NCBI GenBank assembly: GCA_947476405.1
Contig: CANJQG010000003.1
Span: 4 to 64,003 of the forward strand
DNA length: 64,000 bases
Reading direction: 5' to 3'
Source of the DNA: Thiotrichales bacterium
Lineage (GTDB): Bacteria > Pseudomonadota > Gammaproteobacteria > Francisellales > CACEW01
Notes under the pieces: generated by a model
The model's input: the letters and a program-made list of their open reading frames with translations, nothing else
The model's database searches: none
What the model was told of the DNA's origin: nothing
Position numbers and translations under genes: made by a program
In this document: in pieces, positions 26,907 to 37,724 of the stretch
Numbering within the stretch: position 1 is the stretch's first letter
Layout: every line of letters begins with the position of its first letter

Positions 26907-28511
26907 TTGAAAAAACCATCCCCTTCACGCTGGTTGATGCAACAAAAGAAACAGGCTCAATCCTGGATTCGGCTTTGTATTTTACTCGGAATTGTCAGCG
27001 CCGGCTTATTAATTCTCCAATTACATTTTCTGGCACGCATCATCGATGGCGTTTTTTTGCATGGCCTTAGCCTCCTTTCGATTCAATCCGCCTTATACAG
27101 CTTCATTGCATTGATTTTATTCCGAGGGGGACTTGCCTGGCTGAAAGACATCACAGGATTTCAAGCTGCAGCAAAAATTCGCCAAAATATACGCATGCAG
27201 ATTTTTGCAAAACTAGAAGCCTTGGGCCCTATTTTAAGCCAGCAAAAACGCAGCGGAGAATGGATCAGTAGTGCACTGGAGCAAATCGAAGCATTACAAG
27301 GATTCTTTGCTCAATATCTCCCACAGATGTCGCTTTGCGTCATCGTACCACTCATGATCGTCGGCGTGGTTTTTACTCTCAATTGGCCAGCGGGCTTGCT
27401 TTTGCTCATTACAGCCCCTCTGATTCCTTTGTTTATGGCTTTGGTCGGAATGGGTGCAGCCTCAGTGAATCAAAAAAACTTTCAGGCGTTATCTCGTATG
27501 AGCGCGCATTTTCTGGATGTCTTGCAGGGCCTCAACACTTTAAAATTATTTAATCGCAGCCGTGCTGAAACCAGTAAAATCTATATTGTCTCAGAGGCTT
27601 ATCGCAAAACCACCATGCAGACTTTGCGGATTGCTTTTTTATCCTCCGGCGTCCTTGAATTTTTTGCAGCTTGCTCCGTGGCATTGCTTGCAACCTATCT
27701 GGGCTTAAGCCTCCTGCATGACCTTCATTTCGGCCAGCCCATTGATCTCTACAGCGCTTTATTGATCCTCCTTCTGGCACCGGAATTTTTTCTGCCTCTA
27801 CGTGAACTTTCAACCTATTATCATGCCCGTGCTTCAGCGATCGGCGCAGCGGAAGAACTCATGACATTACTGGATTTAAAAGCGCCCGTTTATTCAGTCA
27901 CCCTCGGTGAATCTTTAAAACTGGATCAGGTTGATTTTACCTACCCCCACAGCAGCGCACCCGTTTTAAAAAAATATTGCCTGGAGGTCAGCGCAGGTGA
28001 ACATATTGCACTCATTGGCCCCAGTGGAAAGGGCAAATCAACGATTCTGGCTTTGCTCCTGGGCTTTCTTAAACCTGATTCGGGTGAGGTAACGAGCCTA
28101 CCCCATTCTCAAATAGGCTGGCTTTCACAAAATCCAACGTTGTTTGCAGGCACACTTCGTAGCAATCTATTAATGGCTAATCCAAACGCAAGCGAGCCTG
28201 AACTCTGGGAAGCATTGGATCAGGTCTTCATGCGTGAGACCGTACAGCATTTTCCAATGGGTTTAGATACCCCCATCAACGAGCAAAATCAAGGTCTCTC
28301 TGGAGGACAGGTACAACGGATTGCCTTGGCCCGCCTTTACCTGAAAACGCCCATGATTTTTCTGCTGGATGAACCCACTGCAAGCCTAGACCCTGAAAGC
28401 GCTACTGCTGTTATCAATAGCCTAGCCCAACATACTCAAGGCAAAACGCTGATTCTCGTCACCCATCGCCTAGAACCCCTCTTAAAAATGCATCGCGTGG
28501 TGACCCTATGA
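26907..28511 (+). CDS. cydD: Thiol reductant ABC exporter subunit CydD
   Basis: Fused TMD-NBD protein with Walker A GPSGKGKST and LSGGQVQR, paired and overlapping with cydC. TTG start. Confidence 0.8.
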   Translation: MKKPSPSRWLMQQKKQAQSWIRLCILLGIVSAGLLILQLHFLARIIDGVFLHGLSLLSIQSALYSFIALILFRGGLAWLKDITGFQAAAKIRQNIRMQIFAKLEALGPILSQQKRSGEWISSALEQIEALQGFFAQYLPQMSLCVIVPLMIVGVVFTLNWPAGLLLLITAPLIPLFMALVGMGAASVNQKNFQALSRMSAHFLDVLQGLNTLKLFNRSRAETSKIYIVSEAYRKTTMQTLRIAFLSSGVLEFFAACSVALLATYLGLSLLHDLHFGQPIDLYSALLILLLAPEFFLPLRELSTYYHARASAIGAAEELMTLLDLKAPVYSVTLGESLKLDQVDFTYPHSSAPVLKKYCLEVSAGEHIALIGPSGKGKSTILALLLGFLKPDSGEVTSLPHSQIGWLSQNPTLFAGTLRSNLLMANPNASEPELWEALDQVFMRETVQHFPMGLDTPINEQNQGLSGGQVQRIALARLYLKTPMIFLLDEPTASLDPESATAVINSLAQHTQGKTLILVTHRLEPLLKMHRVVTL

Positions 28512-30079
28512 AAACCAAAATGGCACTTTTAGGATGCCTTCTTGCCACCCTGACCTTGGTCTCAGGCATTGCCCTTTTATCTTTATCGGGTTGGTTTATC
28601 TCAGCGGCAGCTTTTGCGGGCTTAACCCTCAACACCAGCCTGGCTTTCAATTATTTTTTGCCGAGTGCGGGGGTGCGCTTATTTTCAATGCTACGGATTC
28701 TCTCCCGCTATGCAGAACGTATTGTGACCCATGAAGTGACCTTTAAAACCTTATCCACGCTTCGCGTGACACTTTATTCCGCTTTGGAACCGCTGGCCCC
28801 GGCCCATTTACTGCGCTATCGCAGTGGCGAACTCTTAAATCGCATGGTCAGCGATGTCGACACCTTAGATCAGCTTTATCTGCGTTTAATTACCCCCTTA
28901 TTTGCAGCACTGTCCATCATTGCTCTGCTCATTTTTTATCTGCATTATTTTAGCTGGACTCTTGCTTTTCTGATTTCAGGCGCCCTTCTCATCAGCTTGA
29001 TTTTAGCGCCCTTGATACTTTCTATCTTAGGCAAAAAAAGTGGCGAAAAACAAGGCTTACTCACTGCACAACTCCGCAGTCAATCTGTCGAAGGCGTTCA
29101 AGGCTTAGCAGACCTGATTTTACTTGGACAATGGCAAACCCATCTCCACAGAATCGAAACCAGCAGCCGGGCTTTAATCAAAACACAATTTAAAATGGCC
29201 TGTATTCAAGGCTTTGCTAATGCCTTATTATTGACTTTATCTGGCTTCACCCTTGTTTTAGTGATCGTGATCGCAACCCCTTTAGTACAAACACATCAAC
29301 TAAATGGAGCCAATCTTGCTTTACTTGCTTTAACGGCCCTGGCCGCCTTTGAAGCCATTGCACCGATCAGTCTCGGCGCTCCCTATTGGAGCAAAATTAA
29401 ACTCGCCTCACAACGCCTTCATGCTTTAAAAACCACACCACCCAGCCTCTTATTTCCCGATCAAAGCCCTGCCTACCCAATCTATTATGACATTGAATTC
29501 GATCAAATTAGCTTTGCCTATCAGCCTGACCAGCCCATTTGGAAGGATTATTCCCTCACCATTGCAACGGGCGAACATTTTATTCTACGAGGCCCGAGCG
29601 GAATGGGAAAATCCACGCTCATGCATTTATTAAGTCGCTGTTTTGACCCCCAAAAAGGCGAGATCCGCATCGGTGGCATTCCCATTAAAAGCCTTTCAGA
29701 ACCAGACTTACGTCGCTTGATGAGCGTCATCACACAGCGCTCACATTTATTTAGCGCAACACTCAAAGACAATTTATTACTGGCCAAACCCGATGCCCAA
29801 GATTCTGAATTGCTGGATGCACTTCAGCAAGTCCAATTACAAGAATGGTTCAACACCCTAAACGAAGGCCTCAACACCTGGTTGGGCGAAGGCGGAACCC
29901 TTCTTTCCGGCGGACAATTAAGGCGACTTGCTGTCGCACGTGCACTGCTTCACAACGCCCCTATCTGGCTATTGGATGAGCCGACAGAAGGGTTGGATCA
30001 AACAACTGAAGCTGCTTTTTGGGCGGCTCTGGCCCCCGCGATGAACAATAAAACGATCTTGATGATCAAGCATTTTTAA
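28508..30079 (+). CDS. cydC: Thiol reductant ABC exporter subunit CydC
   Basis: Fused TMD-NBD protein with GPSGMGKST, LSGGQLRR and WLLDEPTEGLD. 4-nt overlap with cydD. Confidence 0.8.
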   Translation: MKTKMALLGCLLATLTLVSGIALLSLSGWFISAAAFAGLTLNTSLAFNYFLPSAGVRLFSMLRILSRYAERIVTHEVTFKTLSTLRVTLYSALEPLAPAHLLRYRSGELLNRMVSDVDTLDQLYLRLITPLFAALSIIALLIFYLHYFSWTLAFLISGALLISLILAPLILSILGKKSGEKQGLLTAQLRSQSVEGVQGLADLILLGQWQTHLHRIETSSRALIKTQFKMACIQGFANALLLTLSGFTLVLVIVIATPLVQTHQLNGANLALLALTALAAFEAIAPISLGAPYWSKIKLASQRLHALKTTPPSLLFPDQSPAYPIYYDIEFDQISFAYQPDQPIWKDYSLTIATGEHFILRGPSGMGKSTLMHLLSRCFDPQKGEIRIGGIPIKSLSEPDLRRLMSVITQRSHLFSATLKDNLLLAKPDAQDSELLDALQQVQLQEWFNTLNEGLNTWLGEGGTLLSGGQLRRLAVARALLHNAPIWLLDEPTEGLDQTTEAAFWAALAPAMNNKTILMIKHF

Positions 30080-30084
30080 TGGGT

Positions 30085-30486
30085 TTAATACAACCAATCT
30101 TCAAGAATCAAGGCAGGAACACGCTCAAATTCTTTTGTATTTTGCGTAACCAAAATCAATCCATGACTCACCGCCTGACTAGCGATAATAAGGTCATATG
30201 GACCAATCGGCGCCCCTAATTTTTTAAGCTCTGCTCGTAAAGAACCTGCAATTTTTGCATCACGTGCTTCGAAAGGCAAAATAGTGATATGTGCTAAAAG
30301 AGTCTCAATGACCAGATTGATTTGTTCTGCACGCGCTGGATTTAACTTCAAACCATACTCAATTTCCATCAAAGTCGTGGTAGAAACAGCCAGAAAATTA
30401 GGCGGCGTTTGCTTCAAATGTTGACCAATGGTGAGATGACCCTTCGTAAAATGACTGATCGTACAGGTATCTAAAAGATACTTCAT
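30085..30486 (-). CDS. vapC: PIN-domain toxin VapC
   Basis: MKYLLDTCTIS start and conserved acidic residues (D6, E42, D98 region) typical of VapC. Overlaps its antitoxin by 4 nt. Confidence 0.8.
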   Translation of the reverse strand: MKYLLDTCTISHFTKGHLTIGQHLKQTPPNFLAVSTTTLMEIEYGLKLNPARAEQINLVIETLLAHITILPFEARDAKIAGSLRAELKKLGAPIGPYDLIIASQAVSHGLILVTQNTKEFERVPALILEDWLY

Positions 30487-30716
30487 GCAAGCGGATCCTC
30501 TCTCGATGGCAATAATTCAGGGCGACTCAATTCAAAAGCGGGAAAATCCGGGACCCCCTTAAACTGCAGAATCACAGAAGGCCAAATCGAACGCGTCTCC
30601 TGAACATACCGCTCCAATACCTCGTGAATCAATTTATTCCGTGTAATTCCCTGATGACCTGCATACTCACTCAACTGCTGTCCTAGCTGACGATTAACAT
30701 AGATATTAAAATGCAT
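30483..30716 (-). CDS. Ribbon-helix-helix antitoxin (VapB-type)
   Basis: 77-aa protein immediately upstream of vapC with an RHH-like N-terminus (FNIYVNRQLGQQLSEYAGHQGITRNKLIHEVLERYV). Confidence 0.6.
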   Translation of the reverse strand: MHFNIYVNRQLGQQLSEYAGHQGITRNKLIHEVLERYVQETRSIWPSVILQFKGVPDFPAFELSRPELLPSREDPLA

Positions 30717-30771
30717 GATAGACCCTCTTTAATCAAGATGCTTTTAGACTATCACATATAGACATGTTATG

Positions 30772-31416
30772 TCAATTTAAACGCGAACCAAAAATCGCCT
30801 CACCAATTCGAACATCCGTCGCCCCCTCAGCAATCGCCAAGGGATAATCGCGTGACATGCCCATGGATAATCGGGGCAACCGCATCCCCGTTTGTAAAAG
30901 CATGCGTTCTCGCAACGCCCTCAAGCCCGAAAAGGCAGCTGCATTACCAATTGCAGGAATGAGCATGAGGCCCTCCAAATCCAAGTGCGTCATATTTTTT
31001 ATTGCCAATAAAACAGCGGGCAGATCCGGGGGAAGAACGCCTGATTTTTGGGGTTCATGATCCAGATTCACTTGGATAAAAATAGGCATTATTTTATTGA
31101 GCTTCTCACAAATCGCATTCAATTTACTGGCTAATTCAAGGCGATCAATGCTCTGAACGACATCAAAATGCGCGGCAATCTCCTTCAGCTTATTACTTTG
31201 AAGATGACCAATAAAATGCCAACGCAGATCTGGATGCTGAATTTGCCTTATTTTAGGCAAGGCTTCTTGAAGATAATTTTCAGCAAAATCCAGACAGCCC
31301 GCTGCGTAGACTGATTCAATCTCAGCGACTGTTTGTTTTTTAGAAACAGCAATCACCCGCACTGAAGCAGGCGTATTTTGACGCAACTGAGTATAGGCAA
31401 GCGCGCTAGACATCAT
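30772..31416 (-). CDS. yggS: YggS-family pyridoxal-phosphate homeostasis protein
   Basis: VIAVSKKQ (PLP lysine), HFIGHLQSNK and SMGMSRDY motifs. Start inferred at MMSSALAY. Confidence 0.85.
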   Translation of the reverse strand: MMSSALAYTQLRQNTPASVRVIAVSKKQTVAEIESVYAAGCLDFAENYLQEALPKIRQIQHPDLRWHFIGHLQSNKLKEIAAHFDVVQSIDRLELASKLNAICEKLNKIMPIFIQVNLDHEPQKSGVLPPDLPAVLLAIKNMTHLDLEGLMLIPAIGNAAAFSGLRALRERMLLQTGMRLPRLSMGMSRDYPLAIAEGATDVRIGEAIFGSRLN

Positions 31417-31954
31417 CTTCAGACAATAACTCCAAACGCATATCAAAACGCCCCGGCACTTTCGACAAACCCAAAGCTCGCTCTTGAAAAATCACGTATC
31501 CCAAATCTTGATAGAGCTTGACTGCGCCTTTTTTATGCTGCATCACATTGAGATCAATCAGAGGAAAAGTATGCTCCCGCGCCCAAGATTCCAACCATTG
31601 CATAGCAAAACGCGCATAACCCAAACGCCGATGCCCCGGAAAAATACTGATATAATCCACAAAAATAAAGGGAATTTTAGAATCCCTACGCAACAAAATC
31701 GAAAAAGCCAAAATCCCTACTTTTTCACCATTCGCTGCATTAATAATATGATAAGCAAAATGTGATTCTCCGGGAACGACATGCCCATAGTAATAAGTAA
31801 TTTCATTACGTGCAGCACGCACCGCGGTCTCATAATCTGGATATTCCCCCTGATCCAGCATCCCCTGCGCGTATTCCCTCTGCGAAAAAGCCTGATAAGC
31901 CTGAATATCATCATAATTCATTTCAATCAATTTGAGCGGCGTAAACATGGGCAA
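31406..31954 (-). CDS. GNAT-family N-acetyltransferase
   Basis: Acetyl-CoA binding segment IFPGHRRLGYARFAM and C-terminal LYQDLGY. Confidence 0.7.
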   Translation of the reverse strand: MPMFTPLKLIEMNYDDIQAYQAFSQREYAQGMLDQGEYPDYETAVRAARNEITYYYGHVVPGESHFAYHIINAANGEKVGILAFSILLRRDSKIPFIFVDYISIFPGHRRLGYARFAMQWLESWAREHTFPLIDLNVMQHKKGAVKLYQDLGYVIFQERALGLSKVPGRFDMRLELLSEDDV

Positions 31955-32060
31955 TATCCAAGATTTAAAATTTAATGATAGCTTTTTTGGCCCTGCAAAG
32001 TCAAGACAAGCTTGATAAGCCGTGTTATAATGGCCATTCTATTGAATTGATCTGTACATC

Positions 32061-33695
32061 ATGACACAACGCCAAATTCTTGTTACCAGCGCCCTCCTCT
32101 ATGCCAATGGCCCCATTCACCTGGGACATATGATTGAGGCCATTCAAACGGATATTTGGGTGCGCTTTCAGAAAATGCGCGGGCATGAATGTCATTATAT
32201 TTGCGGCTCGGATGCGCATGGTACTCCCATTATGCTAAAAGCCGAACAAAATGGCGAAGCACCTGAAACCATGGTAGCCCGCATTAGCGCGGAACAACAA
32301 CGCTCTTTTGCAGGATTTCACGTCCACTTTGACTATTATCAGTCAACACATTCCCCCGTTAATCAATCGATTGTGAATGATATTTATGAAAAAATCAATG
32401 CACGAGGCGATATCGTTCTGAAAGAAATTGAACAATGTTTTGATACGGAAAAAGGCCTATTTCTTCCAGATCGTTTTGTCAAAGGTGAATGCCCCCGCTG
32501 TCATGCCAAAGATCAATACGGCGACAGCTGTGAGGCCTGTGGCGCCACCTATCAACCGACTGAACTCATCGATCCTATTTCGGCCTTATCCGGCAGCACA
32601 CCAAGCGTCAAAAAAAGCATTCACCATTTTTTTAAACTGACGCATTATCATGATTTTCTGCAGGAATGGGCCCGCACCCACCTCCAGGCAGAAATGCAAA
32701 ATAAACTTAAGGAATGGTTTGATCAAGGGCTTGCTGATTGGGATATCTCTCGTGATGCACCGTATTTTGGCTTTTTGATTCCCGGAAGTGATCAAAAATA
32801 TTTTTATGTCTGGCTGGATGCACCCATTGGCTATCTCGCGAGTTTTAAGACCTATTGCGAACAACATCAGCTTGATTTTGATCATTATTGGAATCAAAAT
32901 GCCACGCCTGAATTGCATCATTTTTTAGGCAAAGACATCATGTACTTCCATGCCCTATTTTGGCCAGCCCTTTTACATGCGGCAAATTTACGCACGCCCA
33001 CCCAGATCCATTGTCACGGTTTTTTGACGATTAACAGCTTGAAAATGTCCAAATCACGCGGCACTTTTGTCAATGCGGATCATTATCTTTCGCTTTTAAA
33101 TCCAGAGGCCCTGCGCTATTATTTTGCCGCAAAATTATCCTCCGGAGTCGAAGACATTGACTTAAATTTAGAAGACTTTACCGCACGCGTTAATTCAGAC
33201 TTGGTCGGGAAATTTGTTAATATTGCAAGCCGCTCAGCCTCTTTTATTCACAAAAAGTTTGACGGCGCTTTAGCGGATCACATCATGAATCCAGAACTAT
33301 TAAAAACCTTCACTAACAAAAGCAACGAAATCGCCCAACTCTATGAAACCCTACAATACAGCAAACTCATCCGAGAAATTATGCAACTTGCGGATCTCGC
33401 CAACCAATTTGTAGATCAGCACCAACCCTGGACACTGGCCAAAGACGAAACACGCCTCCCTGAAGTACAGCTGATTTGCACACAAGCCCTCAACTTATTC
33501 AAAATTCTCCTGGTCTATTTAAAACCCATTTTACCTGCCTTGAGCGAACAGGCAGAATACTTTTTAAATACAGAAAAATTAGACTGGCAGAGCACCGAAG
33601 TGCCCCTGCTCAATCAAAAAATTAATGCCTTCACGCCCCTCATCACTCGCCTGGATTCAGAGCGCGTTGCTGAGTTGCTGAATACTCAAAACTGA
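32061..33695 (+). CDS. metG: Methionyl-tRNA synthetase (short form)
   Basis: HIGH-type motif PIHLGH, the zinc knuckle CPRCHAKDQYGDSCEACG and KMSKS. Confidence 0.95.
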   Translation: MTQRQILVTSALLYANGPIHLGHMIEAIQTDIWVRFQKMRGHECHYICGSDAHGTPIMLKAEQNGEAPETMVARISAEQQRSFAGFHVHFDYYQSTHSPVNQSIVNDIYEKINARGDIVLKEIEQCFDTEKGLFLPDRFVKGECPRCHAKDQYGDSCEACGATYQPTELIDPISALSGSTPSVKKSIHHFFKLTHYHDFLQEWARTHLQAEMQNKLKEWFDQGLADWDISRDAPYFGFLIPGSDQKYFYVWLDAPIGYLASFKTYCEQHQLDFDHYWNQNATPELHHFLGKDIMYFHALFWPALLHAANLRTPTQIHCHGFLTINSLKMSKSRGTFVNADHYLSLLNPEALRYYFAAKLSSGVEDIDLNLEDFTARVNSDLVGKFVNIASRSASFIHKKFDGALADHIMNPELLKTFTNKSNEIAQLYETLQYSKLIREIMQLADLANQFVDQHQPWTLAKDETRLPEVQLICTQALNLFKILLVYLKPILPALSEQAEYFLNTEKLDWQSTEVPLLNQKINAFTPLITRLDSERVAELLNTQN

Positions 33696-34042
33696 TATGA
33701 AGCAGATTTCTGTTCAAGATCTCTATTCCATTCAGCAATGATGTCGTCATATCCTAACTTTTTCAAGACTGGCTCAAAATTAGACTCCCGCATTTTTCCA
33801 CCAAAAAAAGCATCTTGGTGCCTTTTGACAAAGGCTTTCAGCTGCCTCTCTTTCTCTTGCTGAGTCAAATCGTATTCCACCCAACTATTAACCAACTCAG
33901 TCAGATCATCGTGCATGGCGTTGACACTTTTTTTCCCACGCGCTCCAGCAAAAATATCAAAAAAAAGAAATTTGAATGTTGGAATAGCAATGTACGCATT
34001 AATTGCTGTAATAATTTCCTGCGATTTATTTACTGCATTCAT
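33686..34042 (-). CDS. Hypothetical protein
   Basis: ORF only, no motif recognised. Confidence 0.35.
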   Translation of the reverse strand: MNAVNKSQEIITAINAYIAIPTFKFLFFDIFAGARGKKSVNAMHDDLTELVNSWVEYDLTQQEKERQLKAFVKRHQDAFFGGKMRESNFEPVLKKLGYDDIIAEWNRDLEQKSASYQF

Positions 34043-34189
34043 AAATTCCCCCTTAATTTTAAAATTAAATACATGACTTTACACTAAATAAATCTAAATA
34101 TCAAGCATCCTTTTAGGCATTAAAATTTACACTTGCCGCCCCTAAAATTCAGTGATAAAATCCTCGTTTTTATGATTCAAGGACTCCTT

Positions 34190-35515
34190 ATGAAAAAACG
34201 CATAATTCTCAAATTATCAATTGGTTTTTCAAGCTTATTCATTATAGAATCGAGTTTCGCAGCAGGCTTTCAAATCAATGAATTAAGCCCAACCATTCAA
34301 GCGACAGCATTGGCGGATGCGGCTACCGCTTCAGGAGATATTTCAGGCATGGCTTATAATCCTGCTACTTTATCGACCATTAAAGGAACGGAAATTTATC
34401 TAGGTGCAACAGAATTAATGCCTGATGTGGGATACAATAATGCTCAGGCGAATATTGACTATTTCGGAACTCACCCCGTAACGGGCGTTAACTCTGAAAG
34501 CAATATTACGCTCTCTGCATTTGTCCCAGACGCCTACATCGGCACCTCCCTTTTCCCCAGACTGACTGACAACAATCTCAAGATTGGCCTGGGCATTGAT
34601 GCCCCCTTTGGCTTAGAGACTAATTATAATAGTGACTGGGTGGGCCAATACAATGCTCTTGAATCTAAAATACAAGTGATCAATGTATTCCCAACCATTG
34701 CCTACCAAATCACGCCCAAACTTTCTGCAGGTGCTTCTATCAATTTTGAAAATATCTCTGCCACTTTATCCAACAATTACATTCTTGGAGAACAATCTTC
34801 ACACTGGACTGAAGGCAATTCTTCCTTAACAGGCAATGCCTGGTCAGTCGGCTACGCTCTAGGCCTGATGTATCAACTCACCTCAACCACGACAATAGGG
34901 GCAGATTATCACTCTTCGGTTGATGAAAATATTAATGGAACTGCAACAGTACAAAGTAACGGCCCACTCCATATCCCAAGCAGTGGCGCCTACAACGGAC
35001 AAGTTGATTTAGTCCTCCCGGCCACCGCCAATTTCGGAATCTCTCAAAAAATAGGGAATAAATTAACCCTCATGGCAGGCACAGAATGGACACAATGGGA
35101 TTCCATTCAATCGATTAATGCGAATATTGCCGGACTGATTCCAGGGGAAACCTCGACGCTGGATAGCACGCCACTACACTATACTAACAGCTGGCTGTAT
35201 TCTTTAGGTGCACGCTATCAATTCACCCAAAAATTTTCCACCTCTGGCGGGCTGGCGTATGATGCAACGCCCACCAATGACCAATATCGCGATGCGCGCA
35301 TTCCAGATACCAATCGCAAATGGGTCACGATTGGCTGCCAATATGCGCCCACTGCCAACTTCAATTTATTTGCAACCTATGAACATATTTTTATGAATGA
35401 TCAAAGCATCAGTCTGACACAAAACCCCATCTCCAGCACCTCCCCGGTAGAACTTTCTGCAGATTATACGGGATCGGCTAATATTCTTGCCGGGGGCTTG
35501 AGTTATACGTTTTAA
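34190..35515 (+). CDS. FadL/OmpP1/TodX-family outer-membrane transport protein
   Basis: Signal peptide MKKRIILKLSIGFSSLFIIESSFA, then AGFQINELS, and a C-terminal aromatic residue (YTF). Confidence 0.8.
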   Translation: MKKRIILKLSIGFSSLFIIESSFAAGFQINELSPTIQATALADAATASGDISGMAYNPATLSTIKGTEIYLGATELMPDVGYNNAQANIDYFGTHPVTGVNSESNITLSAFVPDAYIGTSLFPRLTDNNLKIGLGIDAPFGLETNYNSDWVGQYNALESKIQVINVFPTIAYQITPKLSAGASINFENISATLSNNYILGEQSSHWTEGNSSLTGNAWSVGYALGLMYQLTSTTTIGADYHSSVDENINGTATVQSNGPLHIPSSGAYNGQVDLVLPATANFGISQKIGNKLTLMAGTEWTQWDSIQSINANIAGLIPGETSTLDSTPLHYTNSWLYSLGARYQFTQKFSTSGGLAYDATPTNDQYRDARIPDTNRKWVTIGCQYAPTANFNLFATYEHIFMNDQSISLTQNPISSTSPVELSADYTGSANILAGGLSYTF

Positions 35516-35649
35516 TTTGACACAGGGGAAGGCCGATTTTGGAGATTATTTTATCCTGTCAGAAGGCGCTGTGCACGGCAGCCATCAAGTGGCAAGCTTT
35601 GAAAAAACCCTCTGCAAAGACAAAATAAACTGCCACCATCCCAATCATT

Positions 35650-36360
35650 TTATATCGACATAAGCCCCCAAACCATCTCATCCATCCCATGCTCACGCAA
35701 ATAGGCATTTGCTTTCGAAAAATGCTTACAGCCCAAAAATCCTCTCACTGAAAAAGGAGAGGGATGCGCTGATTCTAAAACCAAGTGGCGTGTCCGATCA
35801 ATCAGCCGCCCTTTTTTCTGGGCATCATTGCCCCAGAGCATAAAAACAAGATGTTCTCGATTTTGATTCAAAACCGCAATGATCGCATCGGTAAAACGCT
35901 CCCAACCCTGCCCTCGATGAGAGGCCGCTTGATTTTGCTCGACGCTTAGGACGCTGTTCAAAAGCAGGACACCTTGTCTTGCCCAGGACTCCAACGAACC
36001 TTCATTCGGCAATTGAAGACCGAGATCCGCAATCAGTTCTTTTTGGATATTTTTGAGGGAAGGCGGTCGCTTCATGCCTTGCGGGACAGAAAAAGACAAG
36101 CCCTCAGCCTGACCCGGACCATGGTAAGGATCCTGACCTAAAATCACCACTTTGACTTGATCAAAAGGCGTGAGCTCCAAAGCACGAAATATCAATGCAC
36201 TAGGCGGATAAATGACTTTTCCTGCTTTGCGTTCTTGCACTAAAAATGCATTGAGACTTTGCATATAAGGCGCATTCCACTCTGATGTCAATTGTTTTTG
36301 CCAGGCGGGTCCTATTTTTTCACCTCTTATTTTGTTAGAATGCATGGGCTCATTATACAA
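35650..36360 (-). CDS. ung: Uracil-DNA glycosylase
   Basis: GQDPYHGPGQAEGLSFSV and HPSPFS motifs. The start may be the internal M at 36345. Confidence 0.93.
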   Translation of the reverse strand: MYNEPMHSNKIRGEKIGPAWQKQLTSEWNAPYMQSLNAFLVQERKAGKVIYPPSALIFRALELTPFDQVKVVILGQDPYHGPGQAEGLSFSVPQGMKRPPSLKNIQKELIADLGLQLPNEGSLESWARQGVLLLNSVLSVEQNQAASHRGQGWERFTDAIIAVLNQNREHLVFMLWGNDAQKKGRLIDRTRHLVLESAHPSPFSVRGFLGCKHFSKANAYLREHGMDEMVWGLMSI

Positions 36361-36369
36361 GGATTTGGC

Positions 36370-37011
36370 ATGACTTTAAAATCACTCACGCGAAACACAC
36401 TGATCGGCCTGATTATTGTGCTGCTGATTTATGCATTATTTTATATGGAATTAGACATCCCTCTGATGTATTTTATCTACCCCCCCTTTGTGGGGACAAT
36501 ACTGGCAGAGGTCTGCGTTATCATCAGGGCTGTTTTTTCACCTTCTATTTGGCTGATCATCGGCCTGATTGCTTTGGGATACGCGGGATGGCAGATTAAA
36601 AGCAAAAAAAGCTGCCCTGCTTTTGCGCTATACTGGGGTGCGGATATCCTCGTCGCCTTTATCGTCACAACCATGCTCAAAATCGTATTAGCACGATACC
36701 GCCCGATTGAACTCATCAATGCCAATCTCTATGGATTTCACTTTTTCTCGATGACGCACAATTTTAACTCCACCCCCTCTGGTCATGCAACCCTTGCTTT
36801 TGCAGGATTATTTGGCTTGGGGCGTCGCTTAAAAAACCATTTTATCATGATGGTTTTAATTCTGATCGCCATTCTGATTTGCGTAAGCCGACTCCTGATT
36901 GCAGACCATTATATCAGCGATATTATTCTAGGCGCTTATATCGGAGTGACCTGCGTGTATTGGACAGACTTTATTCTCGACCACTGTAAAAAATGCCTCC
37001 CATCCGAATAA
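36370..37011 (+). CDS. PAP2-family phosphatase (membrane)
   Basis: Multi-TM protein with KIVLARYRP, SGHAT and SRLLIADHYISD, the PAP2 signature. Confidence 0.75.
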   Translation: MTLKSLTRNTLIGLIIVLLIYALFYMELDIPLMYFIYPPFVGTILAEVCVIIRAVFSPSIWLIIGLIALGYAGWQIKSKKSCPAFALYWGADILVAFIVTTMLKIVLARYRPIELINANLYGFHFFSMTHNFNSTPSGHATLAFAGLFGLGRRLKNHFIMMVLILIAILICVSRLLIADHYISDIILGAYIGVTCVYWTDFILDHCKKCLPSE

Positions 37012-37724
37012 TCCTCAACGAACCCATCCATCCCGGAAACATCGGCGCCACTGCGCGTGCAATGAAAACCATGGACCAGGACTGCCTCTATTTAGTCAAG
37101 CCACGATTTTTTCCCTCCCCTGCCGCGCATGCCTTGGCCTCAAAGGGAAGCTCTATTTTAGATCAGGCCATCGTGACCGAAACCTTGTCAGAAGCCTTAA
37201 CGGATTGCCAATTGATTTTAGCAACCGCGGGCCGAGACTCCACGTTACATTTCCCGAGTTTAGACCTCCGTGAAGCCGCTATTCTGGCACGCCAACATCA
37301 GGCCTCCGGCAACTTAGTGGGCATTGTTTTTGGCACGGAAAGCATTGGCCTCTCCAATGCAGAAATCAAACTCTGCCACTATCAGGTTCGCATTCCAACA
37401 TCCGACACCTTTTCATCTTTAAATCTCTCTCAAGCCGTTCAGATTGTCTGTTATGAATTATTCATGGCCCTAAAACACCCTGCACCCCCACTTGTTTTCC
37501 CGACTCTGGCTTCCCATCAAGAGACAGAGCGCATGTATCTTCGCCTGGAAACCCTATTGCGCCAAGTTGATTTTCTGAAACCGGGCCATGACAAAATCAT
37601 GATGCAAAAAATCCGCCGCCTTTTTCAACGTGCACAACTTGAAGTCAATGAAGTCAAGATTTTGCAAGGGATTATTACGAATACTGAAGCGCTCCTTTTA
37701 GCATACCGAGATAGAAATGTTTAA
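36993..37724 (+). CDS. trmJ: tRNA (cytidine/uridine-2-prime-O)-methyltransferase TrmJ
   Basis: SpoU-family N-terminus [22 protein letters not shown] and the knot region LNLSQAV. Confidence 0.8.
   Translation: MPPIRIILNEPIHPGNIGATARAMKTMDQDCLYLVKPRFFPSPAAHALASKGSSILDQAIVTETLSEALTDCQLILATAGRDSTLHFPSLDLREAAILARQHQASGNLVGIVFGTESIGLSNAEIKLCHYQVRIPTSDTFSSLNLSQAVQIVCYELFMALKHPAPPLVFPTLASHQETERMYLRLETLLRQVDFLKPGHDKIMMQKIRRLFQRAQLEVNEVKILQGIITNTEALLLAYRDRNV

Noticed and set aside
26907-30079. cydDC without adjacent cydAB.
   Set aside because: cydDC and cydAB are unlinked in many bacteria, and the rest of the genome is not visible.
32061-33695. MetRS lacking the C-terminal tRNA-binding/dimerisation appendage.
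   Set aside because: Short-form MetRS is a normal natural variant. All catalytic motifs are intact.
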